Assembly (NCBI GenBank): GCA_964434285.1
Contig: CAYSUJ010000001.1
Coordinates: 104,703 to 168,702 of the forward strand
DNA: 64,000 nucleotides
Direction of reading: 5' to 3'
From: an uncultured Candidatus Saccharibacteria bacterium
GTDB lineage: Bacteria; Patescibacteriota; Minisyncoccia; Phycocordibacterales; UBA2100
Part shown: positions 46,169-55,092 of the stretch, in pieces
Position numbering within the stretch: the first letter of the stretch is position 1
Layout of the letters: every line of letters starts with the position of its first letter
Translations under genes and position numbers: made by a program
The notes under the pieces: generated by a model
What the model saw: the letters and a program-made list of their open reading frames with translations, nothing else
Told to the model about the DNA's origin: nothing
Databases searched by the model: none

Positions 46169-47482
46169 TCAGAAAGGTTTCGGCGGGTTTTCGACCAAGA
46201 CAGTGATATCGGAGGGGTTTGAGGGAAATGTTGAGCGCCAAAATGGGACGAGCAGAGCATGCGCCTCTTCTACAGAAGGGTAGGCGCCCACTATTGCCTG
46301 AAATGCACTCTCATCCTTTGCAGCAAGCGCAGTTGCTAGCCCTAATGAATCAATTTGCCAAACAAGCTGTGCGACTCCAGAGAGCGAGAAAGAGATTGAC
46401 TCTACACCGTAAGACTCAAACGTGCTATTCGATGTTAGAGATGCACTTGCTGAATCAGAAAAGAAAATTGTAATGTCATTATTCTCGGCACTTGCACTCA
46501 CTGCTTCACCGACCGCTTTTGCGAATAAAGCACTTTTAAAGACGGGTATGCGAACACGTACTCGCTCGCCCACTCTCACCCCTCCCGATTCCTTTTGTGG
46601 CAAAAGATCCTCATACGATAGCTTGGCAAGATCAGTAAAAAGGGTCGCACCTTCCGGTGCTTCAATGGCACGAACTTTTTCCCCCAAGCGAGCGCGCACT
46701 TCCGTCCGAGCAGCTTCGAGGGAAGCCCGTGGCACAGAAGGACGCTCTCCGGAAAAGCCTCCAGTGAATTTATCCTGCGACGTAGCATACACTCCAGCAA
46801 ACATATCGGGCGTCCCCTTAAGGCCGGGCAAGGTCATTTTTGCGTATGGACCGACATTGTAATCAGATCCAGCTTGATCGGCGAAAATTTCAGCCTGTAT
46901 ACTCCCGGGCGTGACGCCAATTTTTCCAGGCACTTCTATAGAATTCTGAATGCGAAAGATTTTCCCGTCTGGCGACTCAAATCGGGTATTCTTTATGAGT
47001 CGAATGGAATCTTCGGAATAGGCGTTAAATACAGTGATGGTACCCTTTGCCAGCTCCTCAGAAAATTCGACGCCACTTGCTGGGACTACAACGGTTTCTT
47101 CAAAAGTTTCTTCGATAAGGCTGTATGTAAGTCCTGTCGTCGTACCAGCAGGAAATGCCGTAAAAGAAGTAGAAGCGTCAAATGGAACAGTTTGCGTGTG
47201 AGGCACGATCGTAACCTTTGTCTCAGGTATAAAAAGCATGGCCACCAAGCTTCCAAGAACAAACAGTGAAATCAACGCAGTGATCCACACACGACCGGGC
47301 CGCTTCCTACTCGTCCCCGTATCTGATACGGGTGGTCGAACGGGGTTTGGGCGCGCCATTCTGACTCGAGCCTCTGAAGGTTCAATGTGACGAATTGAGC
47401 GCTCAGGAGGTATACGCGGCTCTTCGCCACTGCGTGTGTCTATATCATGCCTATACGTCTTCATAGTGTCAGTGTACATCAC
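46169..47482 (-). CDS. Hypothetical bitopic membrane protein (Pro/Arg-rich cytoplasmic N-tail, one TM, ~350-aa extracytoplasmic domain)
   Basis: TM: VWITALISLFVLGSLVAMLFI. No recognised domain. Confidence 0.45.
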   Translation of the reverse strand: MMYTDTMKTYRHDIDTRSGEEPRIPPERSIRHIEPSEARVRMARPNPVRPPVSDTGTSRKRPGRVWITALISLFVLGSLVAMLFIPETKVTIVPHTQTVPFDASTSFTAFPAGTTTGLTYSLIEETFEETVVVPASGVEFSEELAKGTITVFNAYSEDSIRLIKNTRFESPDGKIFRIQNSIEVPGKIGVTPGSIQAEIFADQAGSDYNVGPYAKMTLPGLKGTPDMFAGVYATSQDKFTGGFSGERPSVPRASLEAARTEVRARLGEKVRAIEAPEGATLFTDLAKLSYEDLLPQKESGGVRVGERVRVRIPVFKSALFAKAVGEAVSASAENNDITIFFSDSASASLTSNSTFESYGVESISFSLSGVAQLVWQIDSLGLATALAAKDESAFQAIVGAYPSVEEAHALLVPFWRSTFPSNPSDITVLVENPPKPF

Positions 47483-47490
47483 ATTTCCAC

Positions 47491-48591
47491 CTATTCCTCA
47501 AACATATTCACAGCCGCGGCAGTCGTCGCAATCATTGCATCTCTCACAGTACCCGCCTCAAATGAAGCGAGACTATCGATATCTGTCTGCTGCATAGTTT
47601 GTACTGAGAAGGGTTGCGTCGTTGTCGTAAACTGCGAAAAATCAATTCGCGAGAAAAAGTGTGATAGCCAAGGCGTGACTTCAGTTGGGGCAAAAAGCAA
47701 CATGTCATTCGGGAGGCGCCGAGTACTCGCAAGCGTTGCAAACATGTCTCCGAATGAACGGACGAGCTCGGGTTCTGCTCGTGCAACTACATCTTTCATC
47801 GCACTGCATGTCTCTGAGGAACAAAAATCCGACTCCGCCATCCTGAAGAGCGAAAGTGTTTCTTCTGGAAGTCCGTGCGGTGCGACACGCTTGAGGATAG
47901 TAGCAACTCCATCAATTGACGTTCCATATTGCGTCTCTGTTTCGTGACGAATAACCATACATTCGCTCATACCTCGAATCGAAAGAACAACAAAGCGATT
48001 GAGATGCGGCATGCGCTCGTGGGCGACGGTCAAGAAAATACGAGCACCCGTATGAAATTGGACTCGACGACCGGGAAAATAGCTCCCAATTGAGTGCTCG
48101 GAAGCGGTGCGGAAAAGCTGCAGGACACTGCCTCCAAATACTATGGTTTCGAGTGTACATGCGCGCTTTCCGAGAGGACGTTCGGTTGGATAGCCATTTA
48201 GAAATACGCGGACAACGCCTGCCTCTGCGTCCTTTTCTTGAAGTTTTTCGAGTGCCGAGCGCGCAACCTCATCAATGAGCGCTTTGGTGATCGTTCGTTC
48301 CTTTTCAAACATCACGCTCCCCGAAGCGGTTCCAAAGCGACTCCATGGTTCATGAACGACAACATGAATACTTTCGGGTGCAAAGCGGTTGGCGGTATCC
48401 TTGAGAAGGGTATCGATGGTACTTACTACGGCTATTCTTATTTGTTCATCACTCCGCTCTTCAAGGGGCAGCAATGCTCGTTTCGCATAAAGGATGTGCG
48501 GTTTATCTTTGACTGCGCGCGCATAGCAAACGGTGGCGCCATCGCTTGCAGCGCTAACAATACACACCACCTTTCCCTTGGGGTGGAACAT
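47491..48591 (-). CDS. Hypothetical protein (366 aa)
   Basis: No confident domain. Located between alaS and the infA/ribosomal block. Confidence 0.4.
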   Translation of the reverse strand: MFHPKGKVVCIVSAASDGATVCYARAVKDKPHILYAKRALLPLEERSDEQIRIAVVSTIDTLLKDTANRFAPESIHVVVHEPWSRFGTASGSVMFEKERTITKALIDEVARSALEKLQEKDAEAGVVRVFLNGYPTERPLGKRACTLETIVFGGSVLQLFRTASEHSIGSYFPGRRVQFHTGARIFLTVAHERMPHLNRFVVLSIRGMSECMVIRHETETQYGTSIDGVATILKRVAPHGLPEETLSLFRMAESDFCSSETCSAMKDVVARAEPELVRSFGDMFATLASTRRLPNDMLLFAPTEVTPWLSHFFSRIDFSQFTTTTQPFSVQTMQQTDIDSLASFEAGTVRDAMIATTAAAVNMFEE

Positions 48592-48610
48592 TCATGTAAG
48601 TATACCCTAC

Positions 48611-50533
48611 CTACACAAGCACACCCTTGATCCTGCGGATACCGGCTGCAACGGCTTCTTCTTTCTTAATCTTAAATACACCCCCTTTCTCGATTTCTTC
48701 AGTGTTGGTGACATGGGGGCCGCCGCAGAATTCAATTGAGAATGCATGAGAGAACTGCGGATCTGCTTCTGTCGCGCCGACAGGACCAAGTGAGTAGACA
48801 GAGACAACATCCGGATACTTCGCGCCAAATTCATGCTGCGCGTTCAGTTGTTCTGCTTCTTCTTTCGGCATCGTTGAACGAATCATCGGCAAATGCTCTT
48901 TGATGCGTTCGTTCACAATGCGCTCCACTTCTTTTTTCTGCTCGTCGGTCATCTTCTCCGGATGCGAGAAATCGATACGCAGGCGCTCGCCGGTGATATT
49001 CGACCCACGCTGCTTTACATGATCGCCGAGAACGATCTGGAGCGCTCTGAGGAGGAGGTGGTGCGTCGTGTGAAGGCGTGTTGTTGCTTCTGAAGTGTCG
49101 GCGAGTCCTCCCTTAAACTTCTGTTCGGCACCGGAGCGAGAGAGATCCGAGTGCTTCTGCATGAGCGCCTTGAAACCAGCCTCGTCGACCGAAATTCCGC
49201 GCTCAGCGGCAAGTTCCTGCGTCATCTCGAATGGAAACCCGTAGGTGGTAAACAGTGTATACGCCTGCTCGGGAGAGATGCTGTCTGAAGACATTTTTTC
49301 GAACTCTTTCATTCCCTGCGCGAGCGTCCTCGCAAATTGTTTTTCCTCCTCCCAAATGGCATCTGTCACTGTTGTATACATCGCTTCTGTGCCAAGTTCG
49401 GGATAGTGAGATGCATATTTCTCCATGTATATGATCGCGGAGCGCACGAGCATGCTGTCTTCTTTATCTTTGTCTTCAAGACCAAGCTTCATAACATGCT
49501 GAGAAGCGCGGCGGAGGAGCCGACGGAGCACATATCCCTGCTCGGTGTTTGAGGGGCGCACGCCGTCTGAGATCATGAATACCGCTGCGCGGACATGATC
49601 GGCGACTACGCGGAACGACTTTTGGTAGCGGCTGTCGGTGTAAAGTTTCCCAGAAAACTTTTCAAGGAGACCTATTGCGTCCGCAAAGACGTCAGTCATG
49701 AACACGTCGGCGTTATGGTTGGCGGCAGCAGCGATGCGCTCAAGGCCACCGCCAAAGTCGACGTTCTTCTCCGGGAGAAAACCGAAGGTGCCATCTGCCT
49801 GTTTTATGTACTGCATGAATACCGAATTGCCGATTTCCATAAAGCGGCCACAATCGCAGTTCGGATGGCAGTTATCGCCGAATTTCGGGTCGTGCTCGCT
49901 ACCAAAGTCGTAGAAGATCTCTGAATCCGGGCCGCCTGGCTCACCCTCGGGCATGTTGGCTGGCACGCCTGCCCTGCTCCACCAATTCTTTTTTGCATCG
50001 TAATAGAAAATGCGGCCACCTCGCATGCCGAAGCGCGCGCCGTCTGCTTCAGAACCCATCATGACGTCGTTTGCCTCGATTCCCTTTTCTGCGAAAAGCT
50101 TTTTCCAGATGTGGGCTGATTCGGTGTCTTTCGGCAGATTGTTTTGCTCGTCACCCGCAAAAGTCGTCACGTAGAGCCTCTGTGGATCGATCCCGATTTC
50201 GTCGACAAGAAAAGAGAAGAAGAAGGGGAGCTGTTCTTCTTTAAAGTAATCACCCAAGGACCAATTGCCGAGCATTTCGAAGAACGTGGTGTGGCGATTA
50301 TCGCCGACCTCATCGATATCTTCCGCACGAAATGATTTTTGCGAATCAGCGAGCCGCTTCCCCTCCGGATGATCTTTGCCGAGGAGATATGGCACCAATG
50401 GCTGCATACCACTCCCGGTGAAAAGCGTTGTCGGATCGTTTTGCGGTACGAGCGAAGCGGAGGGGATGATGGTATGGCCATGGTCTTTGAAATAGCCGAG
50501 GTAAGCCGAGCGGATGTCTGCGAGCGTTTTCAT
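48611..50533 (-). CDS. alaS: Alanyl-tRNA synthetase, short form (catalytic + tRNA-binding + editing domains; lacks C-Ala domain)
   Basis: N-terminal AlaRS catalytic core (FFEMLGNWSLGDYFKEE). Editing-domain HxxxH...CGGxH motifs (TTHHLLLRALQ...CGGPHV). 640 aa versus ~870 typical. Confidence 0.88.
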   Translation of the reverse strand: MKTLADIRSAYLGYFKDHGHTIIPSASLVPQNDPTTLFTGSGMQPLVPYLLGKDHPEGKRLADSQKSFRAEDIDEVGDNRHTTFFEMLGNWSLGDYFKEEQLPFFFSFLVDEIGIDPQRLYVTTFAGDEQNNLPKDTESAHIWKKLFAEKGIEANDVMMGSEADGARFGMRGGRIFYYDAKKNWWSRAGVPANMPEGEPGGPDSEIFYDFGSEHDPKFGDNCHPNCDCGRFMEIGNSVFMQYIKQADGTFGFLPEKNVDFGGGLERIAAAANHNADVFMTDVFADAIGLLEKFSGKLYTDSRYQKSFRVVADHVRAAVFMISDGVRPSNTEQGYVLRRLLRRASQHVMKLGLEDKDKEDSMLVRSAIIYMEKYASHYPELGTEAMYTTVTDAIWEEEKQFARTLAQGMKEFEKMSSDSISPEQAYTLFTTYGFPFEMTQELAAERGISVDEAGFKALMQKHSDLSRSGAEQKFKGGLADTSEATTRLHTTHHLLLRALQIVLGDHVKQRGSNITGERLRIDFSHPEKMTDEQKKEVERIVNERIKEHLPMIRSTMPKEEAEQLNAQHEFGAKYPDVVSVYSLGPVGATEADPQFSHAFSIEFCGGPHVTNTEEIEKGGVFKIKKEEAVAAGIRRIKGVLV

Positions 50534-50543
50534 TGCACAGATA

Positions 50544-52613
50544 CTAGCGCTTTTCCTTCATTGTTTCCAGCAAGAACGCGTAATCAAACGCGCGCTGTTT
50601 TATCCACTCGTAGCGGCCGCTTTTCCCGAAGTGACCGCCATCGGTTTCTACTTTGAAAAGGAGTGGGTTTGTGTCAGTTTTCTTTTCGCGAAGGCGAGCG
50701 ACCCATTTCGCCGCTTCCCAGAATGGTGTGCGGATGTCGTGCATGGATGCGCGAACGAGTGTGGGAGGATACGCGACTGCGCGTACATTTTCGTAGGGCG
50801 ATTGCTTGAAAATGTAGTTAAACTGCTTTGGAACGCGCGGATCGCCGATCTCGTCGTAGTGGAGACGGGTGCCACCGAGCGATTCGTCGAGAAGCGAGGT
50901 GATGAGATCTGCTGCAGGAACGTAGACGACCGCCGTACCGAAGAGTTCTGGATTCTTATTCAACACCTGTCCCATGAGCATGCCGCCAGCGGAGCCGCCG
51001 GTAATCGCGAGACGCTCGCGCGTCGTGTACTCATCTTTCACGAGCTTTTTTGCGACGGCAATAAAGTCGTCGGAAGTGCGATGTTTTGTGAGAAGATGTG
51101 CCGCTTTGTGCCAATGCCAACCCATTTCACCTCCGCCTCGTGGATGCGCGACAGCAATAATCCACCCGCGCTCAAGGAGTGAGAGGCGCGCGACGGAGAA
51201 ATGCGGATCGTTCGTGATGCCATAAGAGCCGTAGGCCTCGAGAAGCAGAGGAGCCTTCTTTTTTACATTCTTTTTGTAGGCAAGGACGACCGGAATACGC
51301 ACGCCGTCACTTTTCACCCAGATGCGCTTCGAGGCGTACGCGGTCTTGTGAAAATACGGCACTTCCTGGCGTTTGCGCACGGTGAAGGTTTTCTTTTCGA
51401 CATCATAATCAAACGCAGTTTTGGGCGTGATAAATGAGTCGTAGGTTATACGGATAAAAGGCGATTCGTATTCAATGTCGCCCCAAAGCGCGATAGTGTG
51501 ACCGTCTTCCGGGAAAACTACTTTCTCGCGCTCTCCCTCTGGCGATGAAATATAAATCTCCTCAGAGCCATCCTCGCGGATAGTGAGCACGAGAAAATCC
51601 TTGAACGGCGCAAAGCCGACAATAGATCGCTTTAATGTGTGCGAGAGCCAGGTTTTCCAATGCTTCTTCTCGGGCTTCGCGACGGGCGTGCGCATGATTT
51701 TGAAGTTCACCGCGCGCTCATTGGTGGCGATGTAGAAATAGTCACCATGATGCTCGACGGAGTAGCGCACTTTCGGCGCGCGCTTCGCGATAAGATGTGG
51801 CACCTCAAGCGGTGCATCTGCTTTCAGGAAGCGAACTTCGCTCGTCGTGTAGTTGCCTGCGCCGATGAAAATGTATTCCTTGCTGCGGCTTTTGCCCAAG
51901 CCGACGTACCACTGTAGATTCTCTTCTTCGAAGATGAGTGTGTCTTGCTCGCAGGAACCGAGCAGGTGGCGAAAAACTTTTCGTGGTGGGTGCGGGTGTT
52001 CTTCCTGAGTGTAAAAAAGATACGCACCATCAGCCGACCACTCAACATCTCCGACTGATTCGATGCTGTCGGGCAACAGTTCTCCGGTCGCGAGATTTAT
52101 TATGAAAAGCGTGTGATCTTCGGCCCCCTTCGTGTCTATCGTGTAGGCAAGAAGCGTATGGTCGGGAGAAACCGCACTTGCCCCGAGTGAAAAATAATCA
52201 GAATCTTTTGCGAGGACGTTCTCATCAAGAATGATCTCCTCTTTTCCGCGCTCTCCACGTTTGCGACAGTGAATCGCATACTCCTTCCCTTTTTTTGTGC
52301 GACTGTAGTAAAAATATGGACCATCTTTCACAGGGACCGACATATCATTCTCCTTTACCCGAGCACGAATTTCTTTGTAGAGCTTCGCTTGGAGGCGCTT
52401 CGCGCCGGAAAGTGCCTTGTCGGCGTACTCATTTTCCGTCTTTAGATATGAGAGAACATCTGGATCTTTTGCATCCTGGAGCCACCGGTATTCATCCGTC
52501 CACTTCTTTCCATGCAGTGAAAAAACCTGCGGTTTTACCGCAGGACGAGGGGCCGAAAGTGCGCGGTTCCCTTGCATCGGAGGTACTGTACCCCTCCTCG
52601 CCAGATTTGACAA
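50544..52613 (-). CDS. Prolyl oligopeptidase family serine peptidase (S9A; oligopeptidase B-like)
   Basis: N-terminal beta-propeller plus C-terminal alpha/beta hydrolase with GGSAGG nucleophile motif. Confidence 0.85.
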   Translation of the reverse strand: MSNLARRGTVPPMQGNRALSAPRPAVKPQVFSLHGKKWTDEYRWLQDAKDPDVLSYLKTENEYADKALSGAKRLQAKLYKEIRARVKENDMSVPVKDGPYFYYSRTKKGKEYAIHCRKRGERGKEEIILDENVLAKDSDYFSLGASAVSPDHTLLAYTIDTKGAEDHTLFIINLATGELLPDSIESVGDVEWSADGAYLFYTQEEHPHPPRKVFRHLLGSCEQDTLIFEEENLQWYVGLGKSRSKEYIFIGAGNYTTSEVRFLKADAPLEVPHLIAKRAPKVRYSVEHHGDYFYIATNERAVNFKIMRTPVAKPEKKHWKTWLSHTLKRSIVGFAPFKDFLVLTIREDGSEEIYISSPEGEREKVVFPEDGHTIALWGDIEYESPFIRITYDSFITPKTAFDYDVEKKTFTVRKRQEVPYFHKTAYASKRIWVKSDGVRIPVVLAYKKNVKKKAPLLLEAYGSYGITNDPHFSVARLSLLERGWIIAVAHPRGGGEMGWHWHKAAHLLTKHRTSDDFIAVAKKLVKDEYTTRERLAITGGSAGGMLMGQVLNKNPELFGTAVVYVPAADLITSLLDESLGGTRLHYDEIGDPRVPKQFNYIFKQSPYENVRAVAYPPTLVRASMHDIRTPFWEAAKWVARLREKKTDTNPLLFKVETDGGHFGKSGRYEWIKQRAFDYAFLLETMKEKR

Positions 52614-52629
52614 AACACCGATTTATTGG

Positions 52630-52887
52630 CTATTTAAGCGCGCCTTCTTTTTTCAAGAGTGCGCGTTTTTTGGGTTCCCCACCGCGATTGTAGGAGCCGA
52701 GCGAACCATCCGAGCGCACGACGCGATGACACGGAATGTCTTGTGAATAATTTGAACGCATCACCGCGCCTACGGCACGCGCCGCTTTTGCATTCCCTGC
52801 CCTACGTGCAACTTCGGCGTAGGTCATCGTTTTCCCTGTTGGGATTTTTCTCACAACATCGCGCACCCTGTCCGCAAAGGATTTCAT
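52630..52887 (-). CDS. Methylated-DNA-protein-cysteine methyltransferase DNA-binding domain protein (MGMT/Ogt C-terminal domain only, 85 aa)
   Basis: IPCHRVV active-site motif and HTH (MTYAEVARRAGNAKAARAVG). Confidence 0.75.
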   Translation of the reverse strand: MKSFADRVRDVVRKIPTGKTMTYAEVARRAGNAKAARAVGAVMRSNYSQDIPCHRVVRSDGSLGSYNRGGEPKKRALLKKEGALK

Positions 52888-53678
52888 AAACCCAACGTCC
52901 CTTGCCCCTTCTTTGCACCCGGCATAAAGGCCTGCATTTTTTTACCGACCATTTCGCGGTAGGTGCAGTAGTCGCAATCAGCAGCAGGTTTCGGAAGCGC
53001 TTCGCTATCAAGGCACTCTTTGATCTTCAAAAGTGTAGGCTCAACCCATGAGTCACTGCCTTTGTGCGGCACGATCGTGATTTCAAATTCGAGCACGCCG
53101 TCGAAGGCTTTTTTGTCTTTTCCAGCGTTTGCATACACGAAATAGCCAGTGTCTGAAACTCTAAAACCGTTACGACGGAACAGCCACTGATACACCTCCA
53201 TCTGCCGCTTGTAGCCATCATGCCAATCTTTGTCTAAAACTTCGATCTTTTCATCTTTACTCGTTGATTTGTAGTCGACGATATACAGTTCACCCCGGGG
53301 TGTGACCCACGCATCATCGATAGCGCCGGAGACGGTAAAGCCGGTCTCGGGATGTTTGTAGTCGATGCCCTTAAAGTTCTCTCGCCACACATCCATGCGC
53401 TCGTGTTGAAATGGCACCGCATCTATCCCATATTGCTCCATCAGAGGATGTGCGGTTTTGTCGGCGCGATGGATGTCGAACTCTTTTTTGAGGAGTGCAT
53501 CGACAGCGCTATTGAGTGCAAATGGGAACCCAGGTGGGCGGGCGGTGCCGAGCTTATTATCAATGTAAAAACAGCGCGGGCATTCAGTGAAGAGATCGAT
53601 TTTTGATCGGGAAAGGCGCCAGCGGGGCCCGCCATAATTCCAGTCCGGCTTGCGATCCGGTTTGTAGTATTCGCTCAT
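52884..53678 (-). CDS. PD-(D/E)xK nuclease superfamily protein, Cas4/RecB-nuclease-like with 4 Cys
   Basis: N-terminal CPRCFY, central ELYIVDYKS (D...DYK), QMEVYQWL (QxxxY), C-terminal CDYCTY. 4-nt overlap with the MGMT-like gene. Confidence 0.6.
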   Translation of the reverse strand: MSEYYKPDRKPDWNYGGPRWRLSRSKIDLFTECPRCFYIDNKLGTARPPGFPFALNSAVDALLKKEFDIHRADKTAHPLMEQYGIDAVPFQHERMDVWRENFKGIDYKHPETGFTVSGAIDDAWVTPRGELYIVDYKSTSKDEKIEVLDKDWHDGYKRQMEVYQWLFRRNGFRVSDTGYFVYANAGKDKKAFDGVLEFEITIVPHKGSDSWVEPTLLKIKECLDSEALPKPAADCDYCTYREMVGKKMQAFMPGAKKGQGTLGL

Positions 53679-53690
53679 CGCGAGATTATA

Positions 53691-54146
53691 TCATTCGTCC
53701 TCCACGTGTCCGTGATACCAATGTTTGAACGCGTGCTCGATATACCAGAGCCCGAAAAAGATGAGGAGCGTAAGCGCCGCTGCAAAAATCGCGAGTGAAT
53801 ACATGCCGGTTGCTACAAGGACACCGAGCGCAGCGGAGACCCAGAGACCGGCGGCGGTCGTGATGCCATGAACGGAACTTCCCTGCACAAACATGAGTCC
53901 GGCACCAATAAAACCAACACCTTGCACTATCGCGGACATGACGCGCGTCGGGTCGAAATTCACATAGCCGAGGTAGTGCCCGCCGACAGTGATACCTGCG
54001 AGTGTGAAAAGACATGAACCGAGCGACACAAGCGCAAAAGTTCGCATTCCCGCCGACTGCTTTGCGACAAGCGCACGCTCAGTACCAACAACGAGCCCAA
54101 GCAGTGCCGAAAGAAACAGTTGGCCGAACATGACGACTTCGTTCAT
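53691..54146 (-). CDS. MgtC/SapB family membrane protein
   Basis: LVVGTERALVAKQSAGMRTFALVSLGSCLF matches the MgtC signature. Confidence 0.75.
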   Translation of the reverse strand: MNEVVMFGQLFLSALLGLVVGTERALVAKQSAGMRTFALVSLGSCLFTLAGITVGGHYLGYVNFDPTRVMSAIVQGVGFIGAGLMFVQGSSVHGITTAAGLWVSAALGVLVATGMYSLAIFAAALTLLIFFGLWYIEHAFKHWYHGHVEDE

Positions 54147-54171
54147 AGCATGAGTATACGGGCTCTTTGAG

Positions 54172-55083
54172 CTAGACGCGTGAATGAATCGCACGAGGTG
54201 TGAATTGCGATGCGACAGCCTCTGGAGAACACAAATATCGCGCCTCTTCTAGAATGGCAGGAATACGAGCAGGCTTGACCCCATACTCTTCGAGCACGTG
54301 TTTGGCCTGAACACTTTTGCAAAGAACGATATTGTTCTCCAAGAGTTGGCGCTTCTCCCCTTCGTGCAGCGTGGTGAGGGCAGTGAGCGGATGCACGCGC
54401 GCTTCTTCTATCATCTCGCGCAGACCGCGTCGTGTTGGATAATCCCAGCCCAACAGTGTCAAATTGGAGCATCTCGCGTAGCGGATCGCATTTCGAGTGA
54501 ACCTCGTATTGGTGACGAGCCACCCCTCGTCGACGCGTGCCGATAACTCCGGTGCTCGGGCAAGGTCTTCAAAGCGCGCTTTCACATAGAGAGCGTCCTT
54601 AATATCCGTCTTCCCTCCCGCCTCATTGTGAAATTTAGCTTCAATGCCGATTCGGCGACCACTTTTTTCAGCAAGCACATCGACCTCATGCGGCGCACAG
54701 CGACCCGTCATGGCGACACCCGTCTGTGCCCTCCACCCGTGCGCACGCAATACTTCCGCGAGGAATTGTTCAAAAGGAAAACCCGATGGTCCCAGCGCGA
54801 AGAGAGCACGCTTAATGGAATATCGCGCAGCGACGGCTGGAGTACCCTCATCCCTTAAATATTCAAACGCATGCGCATAGATGTCTTCGGTGCGCATGCC
54901 CTCGCGAAGCTCTTTTTTTATACGCGCAGCAATGTGTTCTCGCGCAGCTGCGGAAGCACCCGCGTGTGCAAGCGATGCGTCGAGTTTGTGTGGGTCAAAC
55001 GGCTCACGCTCTCCGTCTGCTTTTGTTATAAGAACATGTGACACAAGTGTAGTATAACGCGCTCGCGTAGCTCCACGACACAA
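54172..55083 (-). CDS. ATP-cone domain fused to Mrr-like restriction-endonuclease (PD-(D/E)xK) domain
   Basis: ATP-cone: VLITKADGEREPFDPHKLDASLA. Nuclease: FEQFLAEVLRAHGW...PHEVDVLAE...IGIEAKFHN (D...E-x-K). Confidence 0.55.
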   Translation of the reverse strand: MCRGATRARYTTLVSHVLITKADGEREPFDPHKLDASLAHAGASAAAREHIAARIKKELREGMRTEDIYAHAFEYLRDEGTPAVAARYSIKRALFALGPSGFPFEQFLAEVLRAHGWRAQTGVAMTGRCAPHEVDVLAEKSGRRIGIEAKFHNEAGGKTDIKDALYVKARFEDLARAPELSARVDEGWLVTNTRFTRNAIRYARCSNLTLLGWDYPTRRGLREMIEEARVHPLTALTTLHEGEKRQLLENNIVLCKSVQAKHVLEEYGVKPARIPAILEEARYLCSPEAVASQFTPRAIHSRV

Positions 55084-55092
55084 ACCTGTGAG

